Shown here in pieces: positions 46,293 through 56,009 of a DNA stretch of 64,000 nucleotides. Source of the stretch: an uncultured virus (IMG/VR IMGVR_UViG_2850972752_000004) (Duplodnaviria; Heunggongvirae; Uroviricota; Caudoviricetes). The stretch lies in the IMG/VR virus record IMGVR_UViG_2850972752_000004. The stretch is one strand, 5' to 3'. The notes beneath the pieces are model-generated. The model was not told the origin of the DNA. It saw only the letters and a program-made list of their open reading frames with translations, and searched no databases. The stretch's first letter is position 1. Each line of letters starts with the position of its first letter. The position numbers were made by a program, and so were the translations under genes.

Positions 46293-47480
46293 ATGGCGAG
46301 CAAGAAAAAGGCTGCGTCCGAAGAGGTCGTGACCGCTTACAAGGGATTCAAGCAGGACCTGACCTGCCGCGGCTACCAGTTCGAGATCGGCGGCACCTAC
46401 AAGCATGAGGGTGAGGTAGAGGCATGCGCTTCGGGCTTCCACTCCTGCGAGTATCCCCTTGATGTCTTCGGCTACTACGCTCCAGGCGAAAGCCGATTCG
46501 CCATCGTAAAGGCTTCGGGGCAACTGAGCCGTCACGACGATGACAGCAAGATCGCCAGCGCCACCCTGGTGGTGGAGGCGGAAATCAGCATGCCGACCAT
46601 GATCTCGCGGGCCATCGACTGGATCATGAGCAAGATAGATAAGTCGGTTGAGCAGACGGTGGTAGGCGGCACAGCGTCGAACACCGGCTACCAATCGGCA
46701 GCGTCGAACACCGGCTACCAATCGGCAGCGTCGAACACCGGCGACTACTCGGCAGCGTCGAACACCGGCTACCAATCGGCAGCGTCGAACACCGGCTACC
46801 AATCGGCAGCGTCGAACACCGGCTACCAATCGGCAGCGTCGAACACCGGCGACTACTCGGCAGCGTCGAACACCGGCGACTACTCGGCAGCGTCGAACAC
46901 CGGCTACCAATCGGCAGCGTCGAACACCGGAAACTACTCGGCAGCGTCGAACACCGGCTACCAATCGGCAGCGTCGAACACCGGCTACCAATCGGCAGCG
47001 TCGAACACCGGCTACCAATCGGCAGCGTCGAACACCGGCGACTACTCGGCAGCGTCGAACACCGGCTACCAATCGGCAGCGTCGAACACCGGCGACTACT
47101 CGGCAGCGTCGAACACCGGCTACCAATCGGCAGCGTCGAACACCGGCTACCAATCGGCAGCGTCGAACACCGGCAACCGCTCGGCAGCGTCGAACACCGG
47201 CAACCGCTCGGCAGCGTCGAACACCGGCTACCAATCGGCAGCGTCGAACACCGGCTACCAATCGGCAGCCGAGGTCAGCGGCAAGGAGTCCGTCGCCGCA
47301 TCCCTGGGCATCGAAGGCCGCGCTCGCGCATCTGCTGGTAGCGCCATCGTCCTATGTCATCGTGACGACGAGGGGCGCCTAATCCATATCCGCGCCAGCA
47401 AGGTCGGGGAGAACGGCGTAGAGCCGGACACCTGGTACCAGTTGAATGCCGAGGGCGAGTTCGTCGAATTCGACGAGTGA
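46293..47480 (+). CDS. phage protein with 22 nonapeptide repeats (SAASNTGxx)
   Basis: AYKGF..DLTCRGYQFEIG, C.SGFH.C..PLDV..YY N-domain; C-terminal VGENG..PDTWY.L. Confidence 0.88.
   Translation: MASKKKAASEEVVTAYKGFKQDLTCRGYQFEIGGTYKHEGEVEACASGFHSCEYPLDVFGYYAPGESRFAIVKASGQLSRHDDDSKIASATLVVEAEISMPTMISRAIDWIMSKIDKSVEQTVVGGTASNTGYQSAASNTGYQSAASNTGDYSAASNTGYQSAASNTGYQSAASNTGYQSAASNTGDYSAASNTGDYSAASNTGYQSAASNTGNYSAASNTGYQSAASNTGYQSAASNTGYQSAASNTGDYSAASNTGYQSAASNTGDYSAASNTGYQSAASNTGYQSAASNTGNRSAASNTGNRSAASNTGYQSAASNTGYQSAAEVSGKESVAASLGIEGRARASAGSAIVLCHRDDEGRLIHIRASKVGENGVEPDTWYQLNAEGEFVEFDE
46672..47269 (+). repeat. 22 x 27-bp tandem coding repeat
   Basis: tcggcagcgtcgaacaccgg(c/a) plus a variable hexamer (taccaa, gactac, aactac, aaccgc). 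Confidence 0.97.
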
Positions 47481-47662
47481 GCTGCCATCGAACAGCGAAC
47501 GAGTCTAGGGGCTAGCGCAGCCAGACCTGACGCATCCGGGGAAGCGCCCGGCGTTCGCTCCATTTGCCCTGATACGGCAAGAGAGGAACCCATGCCAGAC
47601 CTTTGCGAGTTCGCAGCGCTGTTCGTGGTGCTGTTTCTGACTATGTATTGGTGAGGTGAGAG

Positions 47663-47899
47663 ATGAGTGAGTGGATAGATTGTAAAGAAGAACTTCCAGA
47701 ACCCGATGTTCCTGTCTTAGTTGATGGATCTGAACGCGCAGGTGTCGGCGTATTGGGGCTGACAAATCATGGCCTAAGGTGGGGGTTCGCTACCTCAGCT
47801 CCATATTGGGATAACAGAAAAGGATGGGTTGTTGATAGTTACGACTACGACATGAAGGCTCCTTTTCGCTGGATGAGCCTACCAGACCTAAACGCCTGA
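47663..47899 (+). CDS. DUF551-like protein
   Basis: MSEWIDCKEELPE...VLV...WMSLP. Confidence 0.75.
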   Translation: MSEWIDCKEELPEPDVPVLVDGSERAGVGVLGLTNHGLRWGFATSAPYWDNRKGWVVDSYDYDMKAPFRWMSLPDLNA

Positions 47900-47915
47900 C
47901 AGGCAGGAGAACAGA

Positions 47916-48182
47916 ATGAGCAAGCTCATTGGCTGGAGGACGGAGAACTACCTTTGGGAAACCAGCGATCCGTCGGTGGCGAGGAACTGGGAGCCGAACA
48001 TTGGCGTTCTGCCGATATTTGAAGGAGATCCCAATACGAAGCTTCAAGGCGTCGGGCCTGAGTGGATGCAATCGGCTGACGCGTTCATTGAACGGCTCAA
48101 CTCTGCCGGCTGGCGTGCTCACGCAGATTCACAGCATGACGGCGCTAGAGCCATGTTCAACGAACTCAAGGCAACCGCCTAA
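47916..48182 (+). CDS. hypothetical protein
   Basis: RBS AGGAG, 88 aa. Confidence 0.65.
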   Translation: MSKLIGWRTENYLWETSDPSVARNWEPNIGVLPIFEGDPNTKLQGVGPEWMQSADAFIERLNSAGWRAHADSQHDGARAMFNELKATA

Positions 48183-48212
48183 CGCGCCCTTGCGCATACA
48201 CATTGGAGGCGA

Positions 48213-48408
48213 GATGAATCTCACCGACCCTAAGCAAGATGACCGCATTCGAGCGGCACTTCGCAACGCGGATAAGCGCGGTCAGCTCCAAGTGGTTGCC
48301 GCAATAACCGGTATCGCCGGCGGCGTACAGGAACTCCGCAAGATCATGAATAGCACTGGCGAGCTGAGCATCATGGACAGAGGAATGCTCGCACTGCATC
48401 TCTCCTGA
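48213..48408 (+). CDS. hypothetical protein
   Basis: RBS GGAGG before MNLTDPKQ; start approximate. Confidence 0.6.
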
Positions 48409-48650
48409 CTTCCCAGGCAAGGACGCCACCCTTCAATGGGGATGACTCTAGTGCGCACCGGGGCGCGTTCGCGTAAGCCTGGAGACTAGAGCCATCCCCA
48501 CCCTACCCCTCATTAGCCCGGACTTTCCGGGCATTTTTTCGCCTGTATGCGCATGCCCTGGCGCTCGCTGATTTCCACCTAATCCGGATGTGTAGGCGAG
48601 TCTCCATCCAAGACCAGGGCAGCCGCATGCACGCGAACGCGAGGTGAGAC

Positions 48651-49091
48651 ATGAAAGAACTCGGATACGAGGAAGGCTCCATCTGCAACCGCGGCGGCTG
48701 CGAGGGAGTGATTGAGCTGGAGAGGGTCGAGAATTGCAGTTGCCATATTAGCCCTCCGTGTGCAGCGCATACGAGCGCGGACATGTGCTGTCCTGACTGC
48801 GGTTGGCGCGCGGCGGACGATCCGCTCTGTGTGCGCGAGATTCACACGATCATCCTAGACATTGGTGGATATGGGGCTTTCCTCGAAAGCAAGCCTCGGG
48901 TGCTTGACCCAACCAAAATCGACTGGACATGGGAACCGCATTCGGGCGCGTCAATGATCAAGAAGGGAGTTTTCCCCATCGGCACTTCGCGCGCCGAGGT
49001 TGAAAAATCCGTGATCGGGACGTTTGGCGGCCGCTTCGAGTACTTCAACGAAGAGAAAGGCCAGTTCAAGTACATCGCCTACACCGACTGA
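48651..49091 (+). CDS. Cys-rich hypothetical protein
   Basis: CNR.GC.G, CSCHISPPC, CPDCGW; RBS GAGGTG. Confidence 0.75.
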   Translation: MKELGYEEGSICNRGGCEGVIELERVENCSCHISPPCAAHTSADMCCPDCGWRAADDPLCVREIHTIILDIGGYGAFLESKPRVLDPTKIDWTWEPHSGASMIKKGVFPIGTSRAEVEKSVIGTFGGRFEYFNEEKGQFKYIAYTD

Positions 49092-49099
49092 GGTGAGAC

Positions 49100-49465
49100 A
49101 TGAACACCGCATTGAAATATGCCCAGGAACGCTGGGACAACGCGCTACCGCCCGACGATGACGGCGACCGCGAGTATGTCACCGCGCAAGTCGGGAAGCT
49201 CCTGAACTGCGAGGACGGTGATTGCGTGCCGTTCCATGACCGGAAAGAGAGGCCCTTTATCGGGCCGGAGTTCACGGTCTACGGCTTTGCTGGATTCGTG
49301 CCCGAGTGGCTCGCCGAGGTAGACGGCAAAGAGTGCCCGATGACGCAGCTACTGCTTGCAGTGCGCCGAGGCGACCTGGAACTCGCACAACGCATCTGGT
49401 TCCGCACATTCGAATCCACGCTTATCGAGAACGCTGAACGACTGGTTAGGGAGAGACGCACATGA
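49100..49465 (+). CDS. hypothetical protein
   Basis: AQERWDNALPP; RBS GAGGTG. Confidence 0.75.
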   Translation: MNTALKYAQERWDNALPPDDDGDREYVTAQVGKLLNCEDGDCVPFHDRKERPFIGPEFTVYGFAGFVPEWLAEVDGKECPMTQLLLAVRRGDLELAQRIWFRTFESTLIENAERLVRERRT

Positions 49466-49584
49466 CCATCACCATAGACCTGAAAGAGGCCGCCCAAGTC
49501 CTGATCTTCGGCGGCTTTTTTGTGGGCAGCGTGTTCATGTTCGCCGTGGCGTTTGTGGAGGTCGCGGGGCTATGAGGAGGGTAA

Positions 49585-50514
49585 ATGAATGAGCTGGCTT
49601 TGTTCTCGGGCGCTGGTGGAGGAATTCTCGGCGGCCACCTCCTCGGATGGCGCACGGTCTGTGCTGTCGAGTTCGAACCCTATGCCGCAAGCGTTCTTGC
49701 CGCAAGACAAAATGACGGCATTCTCCCGCCCTTCCCGATCTGGGATGACGTTCGGACATTTGACGGAAGACCTTGGCGCGGCCTTGTTGACGTGGTTTCT
49801 GGCGGATTCCCGTGTCAGGACATATCAGCTGCCGGGAATGGCGCCGGAATCGACGGTGAGCGCTCAGGGCTCTGGCGAGAAATGGCACGAATCGTCGGTG
49901 AGGTACGACCGCGATTCGTCTTCGTGGAGAACTCACCTCTCCTTGTTCGAAGAGGACTTGCCGTGGTCCTCGGTGACCTTACCGAGCTGGGGTATGACGC
50001 TCGATGGTGTGTTATGGGAGCCGCCGACGTCGGGGCGCCCCATCAGCGGGACCGGATATGGATTGTTGCCCACTCCAACGACCGTCGATACTGGAAGCCT
50101 GTTCAACAAATCGAACAGTCCTGGAGCGAAAAATCGTCCGACGCTGGGGGCTATGGCGAAGCACAACCTTTGGCCTACCCCAACAGTGTTTGGCAACTAC
50201 AACCGACCAGGCGCATCACCAACCAGCGGAATGGGATTGGCGAGTGCAGTTCGGTTATGGAGAACGCCGAATGCCTCGGATGCGAACAAATGGAGCAACG
50301 AGTCTATGGCCGAACGAGTGGCAAAGGGTCGTCAGATAAGGCTGAACACTCAGGTATCTCCGGAAGGAGGTGCGGGTGGCCAGCTGAACCCAACGTGGGT
50401 CGAGTGGCTAATGGGGTGGCCTCTAGAGTGGACCGCATTAAAGCCCTTGGGAATGGCCAGGTTCCAAGAGTGGCTGCAACAGCATTCACTTATCTCGCAT
50501 CTGAATGGATCTGA
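49585..50514 (+). CDS. C5 cytosine DNA methyltransferase, motifs I-VIII and X
   Basis: LFSGAGG, GGFPCQD, ENS, HQRDRIWI, ALGNGQVP. Confidence 0.92.
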   Translation: MNELALFSGAGGGILGGHLLGWRTVCAVEFEPYAASVLAARQNDGILPPFPIWDDVRTFDGRPWRGLVDVVSGGFPCQDISAAGNGAGIDGERSGLWREMARIVGEVRPRFVFVENSPLLVRRGLAVVLGDLTELGYDARWCVMGAADVGAPHQRDRIWIVAHSNDRRYWKPVQQIEQSWSEKSSDAGGYGEAQPLAYPNSVWQLQPTRRITNQRNGIGECSSVMENAECLGCEQMEQRVYGRTSGKGSSDKAEHSGISGRRCGWPAEPNVGRVANGVASRVDRIKALGNGQVPRVAATAFTYLASEWI

Positions 50515-50527
50515 TGAGGCAGCATGA
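49589..50527 (+). CDS. overlapping +1 frame ORF carrying TRD-like PTP repeats and motif IX of the methyltransferase
   Basis: 312 aa open throughout; LLPTPTT, LWPTPT, LWRTPNASD repeats and GQLNPTWVEWLMGWPLEWT. Confidence 0.75.
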   Translation: MSWLCSRALVEEFSAATSSDGARSVLSSSNPMPQAFLPQDKMTAFSRPSRSGMTFGHLTEDLGAALLTWFLADSRVRTYQLPGMAPESTVSAQGSGEKWHESSVRYDRDSSSWRTHLSLFEEDLPWSSVTLPSWGMTLDGVLWEPPTSGRPISGTGYGLLPTPTTVDTGSLFNKSNSPGAKNRPTLGAMAKHNLWPTPTVFGNYNRPGASPTSGMGLASAVRLWRTPNASDANKWSNESMAERVAKGRQIRLNTQVSPEGGAGGQLNPTWVEWLMGWPLEWTALKPLGMARFQEWLQQHSLISHLNGSDEAA

Positions 50528-50817
50528 ACACTCGCCGCACAGCAATCTGGCTAGGCAGTCTATTCGGCGGACTGCTGTACCTCTTCATCCTGGCAGCCGG
50601 CCCGATCTGGGGCGGCATCATCACCGCAGAACAACCAGCTACGCACCTGTCCGCAGCAGGCCGGTAATCCGGATAACTGCGGCTTCCCCAGCGGGCGGTG
50701 GGCGGCATGAAGAAAACACCCGCAGCAGCGGCTTCTAGCGCAACGCTATTCATCCCGCAGGGGTGACGCTGCCGAGTGGCGCCGTAAGCGCCTTTCCCCT
50801 TCTACCTGGAGAACATC

Positions 50818-51270
50818 ATGCCTCATGAACATATCACGCAAGTTCCTGATTATCTGTTCACTTTTATCCTTGGTCTCGTTCTTGCTTTTCTATGGGCCTT
50901 TGCCGTCTTTCTTGCTTGGGCTTGGGGTAGGGCTTGGGCTTGGATTGATGATTCGAAGCCGCCGCGACACAACTTTCTGACCCATTGGGTTATGGGTCTA
51001 CTTGGGTTTCATCTGGAAGATGATCGCTGGTCCGTTTATGTCTACCGGCATTCAAAGAACAAGAGTGGGAGCGATGGTGCAAGTGGTTTCTTCTACCCAG
51101 TTCTGATAGCTGTCACAGCCCCTAGCCTTCTCCTGCTTTCCTTTGACCTCTACCCGATCACGGTATGCGGCCTGACGCTTTTTGCCGTAGCGCACCTTGC
51201 TCGCTTCGCGCGCCGGCACAAAAAGCTGTTCGACAAGCACATCGTCGATCCGAACGCACACAAGCAATAA
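50818..51270 (+). CDS. hypothetical membrane protein
   Basis: Several hydrophobic segments, lower GC, RBS GGAG. Confidence 0.7.
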   Translation: MPHEHITQVPDYLFTFILGLVLAFLWAFAVFLAWAWGRAWAWIDDSKPPRHNFLTHWVMGLLGFHLEDDRWSVYVYRHSKNKSGSDGASGFFYPVLIAVTAPSLLLLSFDLYPITVCGLTLFAVAHLARFARRHKKLFDKHIVDPNAHKQ

Positions 51271-51312
51271 CCCCTCCCTTCACTGGCTGCGCATGCGCGG
51301 CGAGGATCATTC

Positions 51313-52377
51313 ATGTCCGCAGAAAATCAACTGGTCGAAGTACCAGCCAAAGAAACCGCTCTGCACGTCTACTCGGCAGCCAATGGCCTGGACCCTTTCC
51401 TGGCTAAGATTCGCGAAGAGATCGACGGCTTCGTGCCGGATGTGACCACTCGCAAGGGCCGAGAGGCAATCGCTTCCATCGCCTACAAGGTAGCCCGCTC
51501 CAAGACGGCGCTGGACAACGTGGGCAAGGAATTGGTCGCTGAGCTGAAGGAAGTTCCGAAGAAGATCGATGCCGAGCGTAAGCGGATGCGCGATCTGTTG
51601 GATTCCTGGCAGGCCGAAGTGCGCAGTCCGTTGACCGAGTGGGAAGAGGCTGAAGCGGCGAGGGTTGCGCGTCATCAGGGCGAGATCGACAAGATAAACC
51701 TTCGCCTGGAATGCCGCGATCTGGATTCTATTGAACTCAAAGCCAACATCGCTTGGCTGGAAGGCCTGGCCATCAGCGAAGCCTGGGAAGAGTTCGAGGC
51801 AGAGGCTGCTCGCGCCAAAAATAAGGCTTTGATCGCTCTCCGAGAAGCCCTGGTTGCCCGTGAGAAGTTCGAAGCCGAGCAGGCCGAACTGGAACGCCTG
51901 CGCGCCGAAGCAGCAGCACGCGAGCAGAAAGAGCGCGAGGAGCGCATTGCCCGCGAAGCAGCAGAGCAGGCACGGCGTCAGGAAGAGGCCAAGGCCCAGG
52001 CAGAACGCGACGCAGCAGTACGCCGTGAAGCCGAAGCACAGGCCGCAGCAGAGCGCCGCGAACTTGAACTTAAGCTTGCCGCCGAGCGCGCCGAACGCGA
52101 AGCCATTGAAGCCAAGCAGCGCGCAGAACAAGCAGAGCGTGATGCGCAACGTCGCGCTGAAGAAGCCGCAGCGGCAGAACGCAAACGGCAGGCCGATGAG
52201 CAGGCCCGCATCGAACGCGAGGCTGCTGCACGCGAAGCCGACAAGGCCCACAAGAAAGCCATCAACAACGAAGCCCTGGCGGCTCTTGTCGCCGGCGGCA
52301 TGCCAGTGGAATGCGCAAAGCAGGCGATCACGCTGATCGCTCAGCGCAAGGTTCCTCATATCTCGATCAACTACTGA
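51313..52377 (+). CDS. long coiled-coil phage protein
   Basis: KGREAIASIAYKVARSKTALD N-domain and an E/A/R-rich coiled coil, upstream of the recombination genes. Confidence 0.8.
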   Translation: MSAENQLVEVPAKETALHVYSAANGLDPFLAKIREEIDGFVPDVTTRKGREAIASIAYKVARSKTALDNVGKELVAELKEVPKKIDAERKRMRDLLDSWQAEVRSPLTEWEEAEAARVARHQGEIDKINLRLECRDLDSIELKANIAWLEGLAISEAWEEFEAEAARAKNKALIALREALVAREKFEAEQAELERLRAEAAAREQKEREERIAREAAEQARRQEEAKAQAERDAAVRREAEAQAAAERRELELKLAAERAEREAIEAKQRAEQAERDAQRRAEEAAAAERKRQADEQARIEREAAAREADKAHKKAINNEALAALVAGGMPVECAKQAITLIAQRKVPHISINY

Positions 52378-52385
52378 GGCCCATC

Positions 52386-52910
52386 ATGAGCAACTCCATT
52401 GCACAGCGGCAGGAAGAGCTGCGCCGCCTGCTTAGCTATTGCCCTGAGACTGGAGAGTTCAGATGGAAAGTCAAACCACCAGGAAAGGTGCAGATAGGAG
52501 ATCTTGCAGGAACAAAAGGAGAAGCGTTTGTTTACATCAGATTTGAAGGCCGCAGACAGAAAGCTCACAGGCTCGCTTTTCTCTATATGACCGGAGAAAT
52601 GCCCTTAGGAAATGTCGATCACATAGACGGAAATTCGGCCAACAACGCGTGGAGCAACCTTCGCCTCTGCACTCACGCAGAGAACATGCAGAACAGGAAG
52701 GTGAGCAAGCGCAACAAATCAGGATTTCTTGGCGTTAGCAAACATTCATCTGGATGGCAGGCGACTATCGCCAAGGACAAGAAGTACTACCACCTTGGCC
52801 TATTCAAAACTCCCGAAGAGGCTCATCAGGCATATCTGGCGGCCAAGGCGCAGCTGCACACATTCAACCCAATTCCACGAGAAGGAAGTGCGACATGCAA
52901 ACCTCTCTGA
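52386..52910 (+). CDS. HNH homing endonuclease with AP2-like C-terminus
   Basis: LSY.PETGEF.W, AHRLAF, VDHIDGN..NN...NLR, SGFLGV, LGLF.TPEEAH.AY. Confidence 0.92.
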   Translation: MSNSIAQRQEELRRLLSYCPETGEFRWKVKPPGKVQIGDLAGTKGEAFVYIRFEGRRQKAHRLAFLYMTGEMPLGNVDHIDGNSANNAWSNLRLCTHAENMQNRKVSKRNKSGFLGVSKHSSGWQATIAKDKKYYHLGLFKTPEEAHQAYLAAKAQLHTFNPIPREGSATCKPL

Positions 52911-52971
52911 AGCCTATGGCAGATTCCAATACTCCCATAGCAATTCAAGAATCAGCGTAAGCGAACGGGCA

Positions 52972-54483
52972 TCACACCTTGCCGGCGGATACCCAGTTGT
53001 GCGGCAGCAGCTCGGCCAGGGCGCTGGCCTTCTGCGTCGGCAGGCGCGTGAGCACGTCCTTCAGGTAGGCGTACGGATCGTGCCCGTTCAGGCGGGCTGA
53101 CTGGATCAGCGTCATCAAGGCTGCGCCACGCTGGCCACTGCGCAGAGAGCCGGCAAACAGCCAGTTGGCACGCCCCAGGGCCCAGGGGCGGATCTGGTTC
53201 TCGATCCAGTTGTTGTCGATGGGCAGGTTGCCGTCATTCAGGTAGCGCACCAACGCTGCCCAGCGCTTGAGGCTGTAGTCGAGTGCCTTGGCGATCGCGC
53301 TGCCTTCCGGCACCTTCTGCCGCTGCCCAAGCATCCAGCTATGCAGGCCATCGATGATCGGCCTGGCTTTGTCCTGGCGCAGTTGCCGTCGCTGTGCGGC
53401 GAGCAACTCTCGCCCTTCGCGCTCCACCTCGTACAGCTGACCGATGTACTGGAGGGCCTGCTCGGCCAGTTGGCTCTGGTTGGCGGCATGCAGGTCGAAG
53501 AACTTGCGCCGTGCATGGGCCATGCAGCCGATCTCGGTCACGCCTTGCTCGAAGCTGGCCTTGTAGCCGACGAAGTCGTCGCAGACCAGTTTGCCCTGCC
53601 AGTCGCCCAGGAAGCTGCGCGCGTGCTCGCCAGCCCGGCTCGGCCTGAAGTCGTAGACCACGGCCTTGAGGTCGGCGAAGGGGCTGGGTGCATAGGCCCA
53701 GACGTAAGCCCGCTGGGTCTTCTTCGTGCCCGGGGCGAGCATCTGCACCGGGGTTTCGTCGGCGAGGATGACGTCCTGCTGGAGCAGGCAGTCGCGCAGG
53801 GCATCGACCAGGGGTTGCAGCTGGACACCGCAAGCGCCGACCCATTGCGCCAGCGTGGAACGCGCGATAGCCAGCCCGGCGCGGGCGAAGATCTTTTCCT
53901 GGCGGTATAGCGGCAAGTGATCGGCGAACTTGGCCACCATGACCTGAGCCAGTAGCCCGGCAGTCGGGATGCCCTTGTCGATCACCTGCGCAGGCACTGG
54001 GGCCTGGATCAGCGTTTCACACTGGGCGCAGACCCACTTGCCACGGATATGCCGCTCGACGGTGAAGGTGCCCGGGGTGTAGTCGAGCTTCTCGCTGACG
54101 TCTTCACCGATGCGCTTGAGCTGGCAGCCGCAGGCACACTGGGTGCTGTCCGGCTCGTGAAGTATCAGCGTGCGCGGCAGTTCGGCCGGCAGCGGCGCTC
54201 GCTTGGGCTGCTGCCGTGGCTCGCGCTTGGCGGGCTCTGGTCGGGCCGTTTCAAGCTCTGCCTCGATGGCGGCGATGTCGGCCTCGATCATCTCGTCCAG
54301 CAGATTGAGCTGGTCGGCATTGAGCTGCTCGCTGCGGCGGGCGAAGCGGTGGCGCCGCAGCACGGCGAGTTCGTGGTTCAACCGCTGGTTGAGCGTTTCC
54401 AGGTGATCGACGCGCTGACTCAACTGCGCGGCCAGTTGGCGCAGTTGCTCGGGTGTCAGGTGATCGAAAGCGGCAGGACTCAT
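52972..54483 (-). CDS. tnpC: IS66 DDE transposase
   Basis: HLPLYRQ, ADETP, CMAHARRKF, IDNN..E..IR. Confidence 0.97.
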   Translation of the reverse strand: MSPAAFDHLTPEQLRQLAAQLSQRVDHLETLNQRLNHELAVLRRHRFARRSEQLNADQLNLLDEMIEADIAAIEAELETARPEPAKREPRQQPKRAPLPAELPRTLILHEPDSTQCACGCQLKRIGEDVSEKLDYTPGTFTVERHIRGKWVCAQCETLIQAPVPAQVIDKGIPTAGLLAQVMVAKFADHLPLYRQEKIFARAGLAIARSTLAQWVGACGVQLQPLVDALRDCLLQQDVILADETPVQMLAPGTKKTQRAYVWAYAPSPFADLKAVVYDFRPSRAGEHARSFLGDWQGKLVCDDFVGYKASFEQGVTEIGCMAHARRKFFDLHAANQSQLAEQALQYIGQLYEVEREGRELLAAQRRQLRQDKARPIIDGLHSWMLGQRQKVPEGSAIAKALDYSLKRWAALVRYLNDGNLPIDNNWIENQIRPWALGRANWLFAGSLRSGQRGAALMTLIQSARLNGHDPYAYLKDVLTRLPTQKASALAELLPHNWVSAGKV

Positions 54484-54546
54484 GGCGCCGAGTGTGCGGA
54501 TTGTCGGCCCCCTCGGCGATAGGCCATTGGCCTAATTGCGCCCCGG

Positions 54547-54882
54547 CTACAGGAGTCTGATCTCGGCATTGGGCCCAAGACGCTGCCAAGGTAGGCCGAC
54601 CACCAGGGCCTGCAACTGCTCGGGACTGAGTTCCAACTGCTGTCCCTGCCAATTGCCCGACCAGGCGAAGCGCCCTCGATTGAGCCTGCGAGCAGCCAGC
54701 CAGATGCCGAAGCCATCGTGCACCAGCACCTTCATCCGATTGGCGCGCTTGTTGGTGAACAGGTAGGCGCAGTGCGGCTGCGCCGCACCGAAAACTTGAA
54801 CCACCCGGGCCAACGCGGTTTCGGTGCCGGCGCGCATGTCCAGCGGCTCGGTGGCGAGCCAGATGCGCTCGATGCGGATCAC
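54547..54882 (-). CDS. tnpB: IS66 accessory protein
   Basis: PLDMRAG, KVLVHDGFG.WL..RRL. Confidence 0.95.
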   Translation of the reverse strand: MIRIERIWLATEPLDMRAGTETALARVVQVFGAAQPHCAYLFTNKRANRMKVLVHDGFGIWLAARRLNRGRFAWSGNWQGQQLELSPEQLQALVVGLPWQRLGPNAEIRLL

Positions 54883-55214
54883 TTCAGTAGCTCGCGCAGA
54901 AAGCGGGCGCAGCCTTCAGGGTCCTTGCCCGGCCACTGCACCGACAGTTTGCCGGCCCGATGGGGAATTGCGATCTGGATGGCCCTGTCGGCCGCACTCG
55001 GGGTAGCCGGCACGCTCGGGACGAGAGGAATTGGAATAAAACCTGAGGGTACCGCGGGCAGCTGTGCCTGCTGGCGGCGAATCCACTTGTGCACGAGATT
55101 GGCGTTGAGGCCGTGGCTCAAGGCCACGCCGGCAACCGAGGCGCCGGGCTGGGTACACTCCTCGACGACCTGGGCCTTGAAAGATTTGGGATAGGAGCGG
55201 CGTTGGCCTGGCAC
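54879..55214 (-). CDS. tnpA: IS66 HTH protein
   Basis: RRSY...FKAQVV......GASVA.VA..HGLNANL...W; start uncertain. Confidence 0.9.
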   Translation of the reverse strand: MPGQRRSYPKSFKAQVVEECTQPGASVAGVALSHGLNANLVHKWIRRQQAQLPAVPSGFIPIPLVPSVPATPSAADRAIQIAIPHRAGKLSVQWPGKDPEGCARFLRELLK

Positions 55215-56009
55215 GGGAGATCCTCCGCAAGGGGCTTGAAATGGTGTCCACCAAAAACAGGTGGACACCATGCCGCTAGCTGGAAGAACCGGGGAGGTGT
55301 GTTGGCCAGACGCTTACGAATCAGCAACGGTTCTTCAGGTAATACAGAAGGCTGCCTCAGACCCGTCCTGTGACATTGAGAAGCTCGAACGCCTGATGGC
55401 TATGCACGAGCGCATGCAGGCCAAGCAAGCCGAGCAGCAATACGCCGAGGCCATGGCGGCCATGCAGCAGGAACTGCCCGCCATCGGCGAGCGGGGAAAC
55501 GCAGCAGGTCGATACACATACGCCCTCTGGGAAGACATCAACGAGAAGCTCAAGCCGATCCTGGCGAAGCACGGCTTCTCCATCAGCTTCCGCATGCCGC
55601 GCTGCGACAAAGGAATCGAGGTGGAGGGAGTTCTGACTCATCGCGCAGGACACAGTGAGCGCACAACGATCGTTCTGCCGGCAGACACCAGCGGCAACAA
55701 GAACGCCGTCCAGGCCGTTGCCAGTTCCGTCAGCTACGGAAAGCGCTATACCGCGGGCGCCCTGCTCAACTACACAACCCACGGCGAAGACGATGACGCG
55801 TTCAGCGCCGTATCGCAGCAGCCCGCTCTGGATCAGCAGGTCGTTATCGACATTCTGGAGCGCATTGACGAGGCCAAGGATAAGGACGAACTCGCCGCGA
55901 TCTGGAAGGCGGCTGTCGGGGTGCTTCGCGCGGCCGGCGACACGACTGGCTATGAGCGCGTTAAAGCGGCTGCGGCCGAACGTGGCAAGGCTCTTGAGGG
56001 GACAGAGAA

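Larger units (their letters stand above)
52957..55317 (-). mobile_element. IS66-family insertion sequence, 2361 bp
   Basis: Terminal IRs GTAAGCG...CACACCT; 8-bp target duplication GAATCAGC (52949-52956, 55318-55325); tnpA-tnpB-tnpC. Confidence 0.97.

Noticed and set aside
46672..47269. 27-bp array as a CRISPR array
   Set aside because: The variable part is only 6 nt and recurs; the array is in frame within a protein gene; no cas operon
54547..54882. IS66 tnpB as an RNA-guided TnpB nuclease
   Set aside because: IS66 TnpB is an unrelated 111-aa accessory protein with no RuvC domain
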